From the NCBI GenBank assembly GCA_963813025.1, contig CAWEXO010000013.1:192001-256000 (forward strand): 64,000 nucleotides of DNA, given 5' to 3'. Under the pieces are notes generated by a model, which was not told where the DNA came from, did no database searches, and saw only the letters and a list, made by a program, of their open reading frames with translations. The DNA is from an uncultured Verrucomicrobiae bacterium (GTDB taxonomy: Bacteria > Verrucomicrobiota > Verrucomicrobiia > Chthoniobacterales > JAFAMB01). Each line of letters opens with the position of its first letter. The stretch's first letter is position 1. The translations under genes were made by a program, and so were the position numbers. Below, piece by piece: positions 55,801-64,000 of this stretch.

Positions 55801-56838
55801 TCAGAATTGCGCGAAAATCGACTCAGCATAGCCAAACTGGTCTCCCAAGACCAGGCAATCTGCCAAGCTGGCGACCGCGTCAGTGCAACTGGGATGCCTC
55901 AGCGAAGCGGCAGCCGCACAGACGCCGAAGATCAGGCAGCGTTCCATGGGCAGCCCGTCGTGCATGCCGAGGAGCACACCGGCCGCTAACGCGTCCCCGG
56001 CACCGGCCGCGCCGGCGATCCGGTCCCGATCCAGCTGGACACTTGGCTGGTAGATCTGCCGGCCGTCCGCAGCCTCAGCATAGACGCCTTCGGGAAAATG
56101 AATAATCACCCATTGCCGGACCCCGGCTTTCAGTAAACGCCCGGCGGCACTGGCCAGGTGACGCGGCTCTATTCGGTCATTCACCCGAATCTTCATCGAA
56201 CAGGCTCGTCCAGCCTCAAACTCATTGAGAAAGAGCAGGTCAACATTGGACAGGATAGGCAAAACCACTCGGGAAAAGCGGTCGCTTTCCTCGCTCACCA
56301 AATCGACCGAGGTGGTAAATCCCAGCGCGGAAGCTTGGGCGAGCAATCGCCCTGCCTGCGTTCCGAACTCCGGGCAGGGTTCGTCAAGCCGGTCGAGCAG
56401 AAGCAGGTAACCGAGATGGAACATTTTCGCCTCAACTGATTGCAGATCAATCATGCCGGAGTCCAGTAAGGCGTTAGCGCCCCGCTGATGGAAGAAAGTC
56501 CGGCGACCGGTTTCCGCGACAGTCATAACATCCGTATACGACGTTACGGCACCGGCCAATTCAGCTAATTGGCTCGTATCCACCCCCTGTTGCTCGCACA
56601 CCCCCCGGATCCATTGGCCGCCCTCATCTGGGCCGGTCACCCCGGCTCCGTAGAGCGGAAACCTGGTTCCCAATCTGGCAAGGTCGATCAGAACATTGAA
56701 TGGCGCACCGCCGGTCCCGCGGTATTCTCCGAGGATGTTGGCCAGAGCATCCTGGCTTGGCCAAATGTTGATGCGCTTTACGTGATCGACAATCCAGTTG
56801 CCGGCGGCGAGGACTCCCGAACGCTTGCTCACCGGCAA
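55801..56838 (-). CDS. PfkB family carbohydrate kinase
   Basis: GGAPFN, RTFF, NEFEA, AGAGDA. Confidence 0.9.
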   Translation of the reverse strand: MPVSKRSGVLAAGNWIVDHVKRINIWPSQDALANILGEYRGTGGAPFNVLIDLARLGTRFPLYGAGVTGPDEGGQWIRGVCEQQGVDTSQLAELAGAVTSYTDVMTVAETGRRTFFHQRGANALLDSGMIDLQSVEAKMFHLGYLLLLDRLDEPCPEFGTQAGRLLAQASALGFTTSVDLVSEESDRFSRVVLPILSNVDLLFLNEFEAGRACSMKIRVNDRIEPRHLASAAGRLLKAGVRQWVIIHFPEGVYAEAADGRQIYQPSVQLDRDRIAGAAGAGDALAAGVLLGMHDGLPMERCLIFGVCAAAASLRHPSCTDAVASLADCLVLGDQFGYAESIFAQF

Positions 56839-56886
56839 AGATTAGCATTAAACTCTGAAGCCTGGAATGACGAAGCTCAGGCGCAG

Positions 56887-57396
56887 ATGCGATGGCGTTG
56901 GTTTTTCATCTGTCAGTTGGCTGGATCTTTCCTCTGGCTGACTGGTTGTGCGCCGACGGTTTCCGAATCGGTAAGTCGATCCCCACTCCTGGATACACCC
57001 GAGCTGCGACAGCGGGCGGCAGCTGAGCTGCCCGGGAATGACTTCATTGGGCGCCGCACGTACGTAAACGGGTTTAGCTTCTGGGGTTACATCAAGCGGC
57101 CAGGTGAATCCTGGAAGAGCGCCAAGCTCGTCATGCTCAACGAGCAAAAGCGCCATGCTCCGGATCGGGAAGCCCGTACTCTCGGATCAGACAACGGCGC
57201 GGAATATCGGCTCGCCGGTTACTTCAGCGGCGACTGGGTTTACGAGGCGGCGAGCGGCCGTTTCCTTCCGGAATTCGTGTTGACCGGTTACGAGCTGCTT
57301 GATCGCCAGCCGCCGCCAATTTTCCCACCTGGATTCGTTCAACGCCGTGCCATGTTTACCGATTGGCCGCAGGGGACGAAAGAGCCAGGGATATAG
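56887..57396 (+). CDS. hypothetical lipoprotein
   Basis: Lipobox LTGC; FIGRR, FWGY, APDRE. Confidence 0.7.
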   Translation: MRWRWFFICQLAGSFLWLTGCAPTVSESVSRSPLLDTPELRQRAAAELPGNDFIGRRTYVNGFSFWGYIKRPGESWKSAKLVMLNEQKRHAPDREARTLGSDNGAEYRLAGYFSGDWVYEAASGRFLPEFVLTGYELLDRQPPPIFPPGFVQRRAMFTDWPQGTKEPGI

Positions 57397-57435
57397 CCAG
57401 GAGGCGTACGGTACAAATTCACCCATGGAGATCAG

Positions 57436-57891
57436 TTATCCTGACGGAGGCGCGCCATCGAAGTATTCGAGTAAATCGCGTGGCTCAGTCTTTACGAGGT
57501 TCCTTTTCAAATTGTGCGTGAGCTTGTGGAGGACGCCTTCCGAGACCTGGCCAAGAATCGCGCCGTTAATCTCCGCCGGCGCGGCGAATGACCACCGGGG
57601 CGGCTGATGTTCTTCCATGAGTTTGGTAATTCTCTGGCCAACCTGTCGCACTAGGCGGGCATTCAGCTCCGCCTCGACACCTTCGCGAACACTGCCCGAG
57701 ATGAAGTGCTTACCCTGCGCCGGGAAAGCGCCTGCTTTGTCCGTAACGAGATCCTGGATGCGCTCATGCGCTTCCGGGTAGAATTGTTGATCGACCAGCC
57801 GGGGCATTCGCCCGCGGTTGGCTGTCTCTTCGATGCGATAGGCTTTCAGGCTTCCGCGATCGGCGACGATGATAAACTTGGGTTTTATCAT
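57436..57891 (-). CDS. host attachment (baeRF-like) family protein
   Basis: IIVADRG, DLVTDKAG, AAP, KRNLVK. Confidence 0.75.
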   Translation of the reverse strand: MIKPKFIIVADRGSLKAYRIEETANRGRMPRLVDQQFYPEAHERIQDLVTDKAGAFPAQGKHFISGSVREGVEAELNARLVRQVGQRITKLMEEHQPPRWSFAAPAEINGAILGQVSEGVLHKLTHNLKRNLVKTEPRDLLEYFDGAPPSG

Positions 57892-57950
57892 AGACTACCA
57901 AAAGGGCGATTTGAGGAGAAATCCAGGGCGGAAAAAAGGGCAACCGTTCG

Positions 57951-58430
57951 CTAGATATTCAACCGGTCCGGCGTATTTGGGGCAGGCAATTTCCTGACCC
58001 GCTGATAGACCTTTCCATCGAGGGCCATCTTGTATTCTCCGCCGGCCGGATGCGGCGGAGTGTCGACAGTCCACTGCTTATGAAAGAAAAAAAGGCTGGC
58101 CGCAAGTTTCTTGCCGTCCGCCGATAGGCGGGCACGCGCGCCAGTCAGATCAAACGAATTTCCCGTTCCTTGCGCCTGCCAGTCGAGCCGCCCGTCTGGC
58201 CAGATCCGGATTTCGGAACCTTGACCGTCAACGGAGCGCCATTCGCCGAAATATTCGTTCGGAATTGTCCAGGCCTCGCGTGGAGGAGCAAAAGGCGGAA
58301 GTTGCAGAGCGGCCAGAAGCCACAGAACCACCGTCAAAAGCAACACGGCCCAGAGACCCAAACAGCCAAAAACGCAACCAGGTTTCGATAAAGCTTTCTT
58401 TTTTGGAGAACCCGGTAACGGTGGTGGCAC
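57951..58430 (-). CDS. hypothetical membrane-anchored protein
   Basis: GC..GC TM anchor then YFGEW beta-rich domain. Confidence 0.6.
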   Translation of the reverse strand: MPPPLPGSPKKKALSKPGCVFGCLGLWAVLLLTVVLWLLAALQLPPFAPPREAWTIPNEYFGEWRSVDGQGSEIRIWPDGRLDWQAQGTGNSFDLTGARARLSADGKKLAASLFFFHKQWTVDTPPHPAGGEYKMALDGKVYQRVRKLPAPNTPDRLNI

Positions 58431-58554
58431 GGCGCAGTTTTTGCCGTTTTGCGAAGGCTAAGTAAAGCGAGGAGTAGCGCTGTGGATCCCTCGCCACCGC
58501 TTCCGTGCCAGAGGAACATATATAAGCAACATAATTGTGTTGTGTTTTATTCAG

Positions 58555-59737
58555 CCGGCAATCGCTGCCGGGTGATCCTATCTGGTGATAGCCGGCAGCA
58601 CCACTCCATTGAGCGGGGCGATGCGCTTCGGATCCTCGAGAAGTCGACCGCCACTGCGAGCGTGGCGCTCACCAAAATTTGTCGCCAGCAGATTCCTGCT
58701 TTGCGGGCAGCGATTGAAGACTTGTCTCAAGGCAAGACCGAGGAGGGCTTCGATAAGCTGGACGAGTTTGGCGTGGTTCGAGAAATCGAAAAGACCGATG
58801 AACGGCTTAGGGCCATCTGCGATCTGCACAGCGGAGCGCTTAAGGAAAAGCAGAGCTCTCTAGTCGTCGCGCCTACGCATGGAGAGGCCAGGCGGATCGC
58901 GGCCGCTGTGCGTCGGGAGCTCCGGACCCAGGGGCTAATCGAAGAGGCCGAGCACATCTTTACGCGCCTCGAGAAACTCAACCTGACAAAAGCGCAGCGC
59001 GAGGATGCCATCAATTATCTGCCCGGCCATGTCGTCGAGTTTCATCGCGGGCAGCCGGCGGATTTAAGAGCGGTGAACAGTGGCAGGTGATCGGAAGCCA
59101 AGGCCGAAAGGAAATTGTGGTTGAGCGCAAAGGGGCGGCGGTTTCTTCCGCTGGCGCATGCCGGGAAATTCCCCCTTTTCCGGGGCGAATCGTTTGCGCT
59201 GTCAGTCGGTGACACGGTCCGAATCACCAAAAACTTCCGGACCGGCGGAACCCGGTTTCGCAATAACGAGCTGCACACGGTGACGGCGATTGAGGCCGGT
59301 AAAGTTACCGTTGACACAGGTGAGCTTGGGACACAGGTGAGCTTGGGAACCGCAGCGCACTGCACCTTGACCAGGGAATCGTTGTCACCAGCCACGCCAG
59401 CCAGGGTAAAACCGTCGCGCAGGTGATTGTGAGCCTACCCGTCGAATCGTTCAGCCAGGCAAACGAGGCGCAGTTTTACGTTTCGATGAGCCGCGCGTGC
59501 AAAGCGATGCATCTTTTCACCGATTCAAAGGTTGCGCTGCGGGAGGCGGTGACACGCAAAAGCGCGAGGCTTCCGCTTTGGGAATTGATCGCGGGCGGCG
59601 AGGGTAATCACACCCAGAAAGAGCTGATTGCAAAGCTGGTACGCGCAGGCAACGACCACAGGAAAATCAACGGTCACATAAAAGGACCAATCGAAAAAGA
59701 GGACTGGGCTAGCGAAATTGCGGAACCGGAAAGGTGA
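58555..59737 (+). pseudogene. frameshifted helicase half of a TrwC/TraI-like (MOBF-type) relaxase
   Basis: VILSGDSRQH.SIERGDA, RQQ, APTH.E, HLDQGIVVTSHASQGKTV, FYVSMSRA over several frames; nuclease domain absent. Confidence 0.85.
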
Positions 59738-59996
59738 GGCCGGGGTGCAAATACCGAACTATAAACGGGACAGATTGTTCGAGTGTCGGTCCACTTGCGA
59801 GCCGAAGCTGGCCCGAAAAACGTGATCGTTCAATGCGCCTACGGCCGAAGGATCATGTCGCCATTCATGCGATTAAGGAAGGTCAGAGGAGGAGAGGAAT
59901 TCAGGAGTAGGCAAACGATTGACAAAGAGACAGAGCAACTCATTAAGCGCATCGAGCGCGCGGCCAGGACCGCCAAGCTCCAACGCTTGAGCCAGG

Positions 59997-60389
59997 ATGA
60001 ATGCCGGCGGCGCTGTCTCCGGCTTGGGCAGTCGTGGCGGCAGCAGGACGGCGAGATTGAACGCTAGGTCGCCGCTATCACTTCGCGAGCAGTACGGGCC
60101 GAAGTTGACTGCGTGGATCGAGGGTCATTTCCCGCCAATTGTGCGGTTCTGGACCGATGACGACAGCTGCTGGGGCGTACCGTTCCACCAAGTGATCGCG
60201 ATGAATTACAACCCCCGATCCCAAACGCTTCTGATCCATTCCAGCCTGGGTTCGATCCTCGTCAGGGGGCCGAAAGTCGAGGCGTTCTTTGAGTCCTTTT
60301 GCGAGCACAAGGTTGCATTGGTCAAAGCGGACGGAAAAGACATCATGCGGGTTACTCTGGCGCTGCGTGAGGATGGGGGCGAGGATTGA
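59997..60389 (+). CDS. hypothetical protein of the conjugative relic (start probably near 60057)
   Basis: Globular-looking ORF following the relaxase fragment. Confidence 0.55.
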   Translation: MNAGGAVSGLGSRGGSRTARLNARSPLSLREQYGPKLTAWIEGHFPPIVRFWTDDDSCWGVPFHQVIAMNYNPRSQTLLIHSSLGSILVRGPKVEAFFESFCEHKVALVKADGKDIMRVTLALREDGGED

Positions 60390-60451
60390 TCGAGGTTCTG
60401 AATTCCTCGTGAGAACTTGAAATGGAATGCCCGAAGGACGGGGAACCTTTC

Positions 60452-60625
60452 TCACAAAAGGCCACCTTCCTTGAAGCTGAAATATCCTGGCCGGCCGCCG
60501 AAGCCTCGGCCGATAATCACGTGATCAAGCATGTTGATTTGCAAAATCCGGGATTCTTCGCGCAGCTTGCGAGTCAGCCGGACATCGGATTCGCTTGGAG
60601 TTGAGTCCCCAGAGGGATGATTGTG
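60452..60625 (-). pseudogene. radC: C-terminal fragment of RadC/JAB-domain protein
   Basis: Own translation: [21 protein letters not shown]...MLDHVIIG...[10 protein letters not shown]; in-frame TAA directly before HNH. Confidence 0.88.
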
Positions 60626-61268
60626 TTATGTGGACTGAATGGTTATGTGATCTTACCTGGCTGTCAGCCGTGCTAGGTCAGCGGCGGCCTGGTCTGAATG
60701 CGTCAATTAATACACATAGTTTCTGCCCGTTTCTTTTGCTGACGGCAGCAATGCTAGGAGATCCTTGTTTCGTGGCTCTCCAAATGGCGGCAGTCGAGCC
60801 GACCCGCGTTTGCTGCGTGATCCCGTGGAGGCTCGCCCTTTTTTCTTCGCACTTCGCCGTGCGAGCAAGCTGCCGATATGCAAACGCACAAAAACCCGTG
60901 ACTTGAACGCCCAAGCGAGTCCGCACTCGAAGGCGTCTCAGACATCTCCGCGGAGTACCTCTAGGCTGGCTCGGGCTCAACCCTCTCCGTCAGGACACTC
61001 CGGATCCGGCGAAGACCAAGGCAGAACACGCGTTGTTGCAGACGGAGTGGAAAGCTAAACAGAGCGCACTTGCGCCCGACAAACAAACGATCGACTACGA
61101 GATCGCGAATCAGCATCAATTGAGATAGTTCCAAAATGGTCGGTTCCAGGTTAAGGAGCATCCGCTTGGCGCAGCAGAACGGGCCTAGCGAATATACATA
61201 AGAATGCGTATTGACGCTCGAGTGAGGGGGCCCAATAGCTCTCCGATGCATATGAAAGTTTGCTAACC

Positions 61269-62237
61269 ATGGCGAGGAAAGACATGCTGGTCTGCGGCAC
61301 CCTAAACTTCGAGACGACGTTTCCGATCTCGGCGTTTCCACTGGAGTACGAGCCTGTTGTCTACCGATCGTTTGAGCTGACGAGCCATCCGTCCGGTATT
61401 GGCTTCAACGTTGCGCGAGCGCTGACCATGTTAGGCAATCGCGTGCGATTGGTGTCCATGGTCGGACCCGATTTTCTTGGAACCGCGTTAAAGCAATCTA
61501 TGCCCAGGTTCGGCCTGTCGGACGAGTTTATCGTCCCAATCCTTGATGAGACACCGCAGTCGGTCGTGGTCTTCGACAAAGCCGGGAGACGTATGATCAC
61601 GACCGACTTGAAAGAAATCGGCAGAAAGCTTTATCCGCACGATCTCTTTAAGGAAGCGCTTCGAGGATGCCGTGCCGCGGTGATGACTAACGCCAACTTT
61701 TCGCGTCCGCTGTTACCGGTAGCCAAGGCATCATCGTTAACGATCGCGACGGACCTGCAAACCGCTTCGGAAAACAGCCGCGAATACGATGCCGATTTCC
61801 TTGACGCAGCCGACGTGATATTCGCGAGCCATGAGAAGCTACAAGTCAAGCCCGAGGATTTCCTCTCGACTCTTTGGGAGCGTTCCCGTGCTCGCGTCGC
61901 GGTGGTCGGTATGGGTGAGGCGGGGGCGCTTTTCGCCATCCGCAGCGGCGAGGCGAGCCATGTTCCAGCCATGCTCATCCGACCGGTTGTAAACACATCG
62001 GGTGCCGGAGACGCGCTGTTCTCGTGTTTTCTTCACTTCTACCTGGACGGTAACGAACCCAATTTAGCCTTGCGAAAGGCGAGCGTGTTCGCAGCTCACA
62101 AGATAGGGGACAATATCGTGGCGAACTCCACATTGAATATGGGGAGGCGTCAGCACCAGCACAAGGCGTGGTTCGCCATCGCCGAAGTAATCTCTTTACG
62201 CGATTCTACTTTGAAACCGAGTGACGTATACAGTTGA
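61269..62237 (+). CDS. PfkB family carbohydrate kinase, native C-terminus probably replaced
   Basis: SGIGFNVA, VNTSGAGDA, AAHKIG then read-through antisense to GNAT relic. Confidence 0.85.
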   Translation: MARKDMLVCGTLNFETTFPISAFPLEYEPVVYRSFELTSHPSGIGFNVARALTMLGNRVRLVSMVGPDFLGTALKQSMPRFGLSDEFIVPILDETPQSVVVFDKAGRRMITTDLKEIGRKLYPHDLFKEALRGCRAAVMTNANFSRPLLPVAKASSLTIATDLQTASENSREYDADFLDAADVIFASHEKLQVKPEDFLSTLWERSRARVAVVGMGEAGALFAIRSGEASHVPAMLIRPVVNTSGAGDALFSCFLHFYLDGNEPNLALRKASVFAAHKIGDNIVANSTLNMGRRQHQHKAWFAIAEVISLRDSTLKPSDVYS

Positions 62238-62470
62238 AGGGCATGGTTATTCTCTGGATGCGTGACGAGATCCACGCGAGGGGCTTCTTTGCATTTCTCA
62301 AGAATGAATAACAAGATTGAACGGGCTACTCCTTGACCCCGATAGGCCGGGTCGACAGCTACATTGCTGATATAAACGCTCCTGTCTACTTTTAACCGGT
62401 AGGCTGCGGTGCCTACCACAATATCGCCCGTCTTTATAAAACAGAATGTGTTTTTCTTGATTTCCTCAAG
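62110..62470 (-). pseudogene. GNAT (RimI-like) acetyltransferase relic
   Basis: ISNVAVDPAYRGQGVA, N.HALQLY.SLGF, then frameshift before YFGDGEPRLVL; N-terminus lost. Confidence 0.8.
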
Positions 62471-62479
62471 CGCACCTGG

Positions 62480-62910
62480 GACGCCAAGCATGGGACATCG
62501 GTTCGAGTCCCCACAGGCTCTGCAATGCTACGGGGGGACTGCTCCGGTCAGCTATCAATCCGGTCCCGTCCATCACGTCAGACTTCGCACCCAGTGCAAC
62601 TTAGTCCTGCGATCTACCATTCACCTCTGGGCTGACCGAAGCCGACACGCCTGCCCTTGGGCCGACACCTATTACCAGAGCCTTCGAAAAAGGGGCAAAA
62701 CTCACCCCTGCGCCTTACGGTGCCTAGGCCAGCGCTGGCTCAAAATCCTCTGGAAGATGTGGCAAACCCGGACCCGCTATGACGCGGAGCTGCATCAGAA
62801 ACATCAGATCCAACACGGCTCCTGGGTGCTCAAACTGCACAACGCCTAACCTTCTATTTCCCATGTCAATAACTTCACGCACCAATCAACTTGTAAACCA
62901 GAGAACATCT
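62480..62910 (+). mobile_element. IS110-family right-end relic (C-terminal transposase fragment ending 62849)
   Basis: YGGTAPVSYQSG, RGKTH.CALR; end TTGTAAACCAGAGAACATCT. Confidence 0.8.
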
Positions 62911-63132
62911 TTCTTTTGGCGCCTCGAGTGAGTATGCCGCTCTTTTTTCTTCACTGAAAGGATGCGCCTTTTTTTATCCCGTCATCCACAACTTTCGGTC
63001 ATAGCTCGCTATTTTCACCCTCCGTTTTCTCGGTTAGCTCCTGTTAAAAGAACTCTTCGTGGCTTTGCGATCTTCTGTGAGGATTCAAAATTCCGCTTGG
63101 CGTCTTTGCGTCTTGGCGTGAGATTCTGGCTT

Positions 63133-64000
63133 ATGCAAGAAGCACTCGTCCTGGAGCGTAAAGGTGAGCTCGCTCTGAGAAAGATCGAGTTGCCCGAACA
63201 GCTTGGTCCGCATGATGTAAAAGTCGCTATTCAGACCGTCGGAATCTGCGCCAGCGACGTTCATTATTATGAGTACGGCAAAATCGGCCCGTTTGTGGTC
63301 AAAGCGCCAATGGTGCTGGGACACGAAGCTGCCGGCGTGGTCGTGAAAGTCGGAGAACAGGTAAAAAATCTCAAGAAAGGCGATCGCGTCTGCATGGAAC
63401 CGGGTATTCCAGATCCGAACAGTCGCGCCGCGCGCCTCGGTATTTACAATCTCGATCCGGCCGTACGTTTTTGGGCGACACCACCCGTTCACGGCTGTTT
63501 AACCGGCACCGTGATTCATCCCGCCGCGTATACGTTCAAGCTGCCCGATAATGTTTCATTTGCCGAGGGCGCAATGGTCGAACCGCTTGCGGTCGGCATG
63601 CACGCCGCAGTGAAAGCGAAAATCAAGCCGGGCGATCTCGCGGTGGTGATGGGAGCCGGTCCGATTGGTATGGTGACAGCGCTGGCAGCCTTAGCCGCTG
63701 GCTGCAGCCAGGTAATGATCACCGATGTGCAGGAACCTAAACTGGAATTGGCGAAATCGCTGGGAGCCATCGTTCCAATCAATGTCGCCAAACAGAATCT
63801 TCGCCAGGTGATTGACGAAATGACTGATGGATGGGGCGCAGATGTCGTGTTTGAGGCTTCCGGACATCCCTCAGCCGTTGGGAAGGTTCATGAGCCGTTA
63901 TGTCCGGGCGGACGCATCATTTTCATCGGTATGCCGGTCGAACCCGTGCCAATCGATCTGGTTGGATTACAAGCGAAGGAAGCCTCGATCGAGACCACCT
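63133..64000 (+). CDS. Zn-dependent sorbitol/xylitol dehydrogenase-like protein (runs off window)
   Basis: Own translation: [38 protein letters not shown]. Confidence 0.92.
   Translation, partial: MQEALVLERKGELALRKIELPEQLGPHDVKVAIQTVGICASDVHYYEYGKIGPFVVKAPMVLGHEAAGVVVKVGEQVKNLKKGDRVCMEPGIPDPNSRAARLGIYNLDPAVRFWATPPVHGCLTGTVIHPAAYTFKLPDNVSFAEGAMVEPLAVGMHAAVKAKIKPGDLAVVMGAGPIGMVTALAALAAGCSQVMITDVQEPKLELAKSLGAIVPINVAKQNLRQVIDEMTDGWGADVVFEASGHPSAVGKVHEPLCPGGRIIFIGMPVEPVPIDLVGLQAKEASIETT

Noticed and set aside
60630..61260. Several short ORFs between the RadC fragment and PfkB
   Set aside because: No recognisable motif; probably degraded DNA

Overview
Bacterial chromosomal window with moderately high GC. 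Gene content and repeat style suggest Verrucomicrobiota (Chthoniobacterales/Spartobacteria-like); this is inference. About 58 kb is mostly housekeeping and metabolic genes (prs, scpA, acpS, pdxJ, purH, rpiB, hemL, rfaD, coaX, hemB, glgE, trmB, comEC, cimA, murI, cysteine desulfurase). The last ~6 kb is a decayed accessory patch: relaxase-helicase, RadC, GNAT and IS110 relics, then a sugar-alcohol dehydrogenase. The most striking item is a complete IS110 element (45820-47141) whose non-coding left end reads as a bridge RNA. Its guide segments match both flanks of the actual insertion site (CTCGCC-CT-ACCGG) and the circle-junction donor (ACCGTAT-CT-TGT). It targets a dispersed REP-like palindrome, rebuilds a 17-bp-spaced promoter on circularisation, and appears to give the interrupted downstream gene a replacement start codon. 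Other observations: an IS630-style MITE with nested inverted repeats at CTAG/stop codons, an IS3 with 3-bp TSD inside a second REP-like palindrome, paired candidate Rrf2 operators, a catalytically dead ClpP paralog, and several pseudogenes. No rRNA, tRNA or CRISPR array was seen. All family calls are by motif recognition, not database search.
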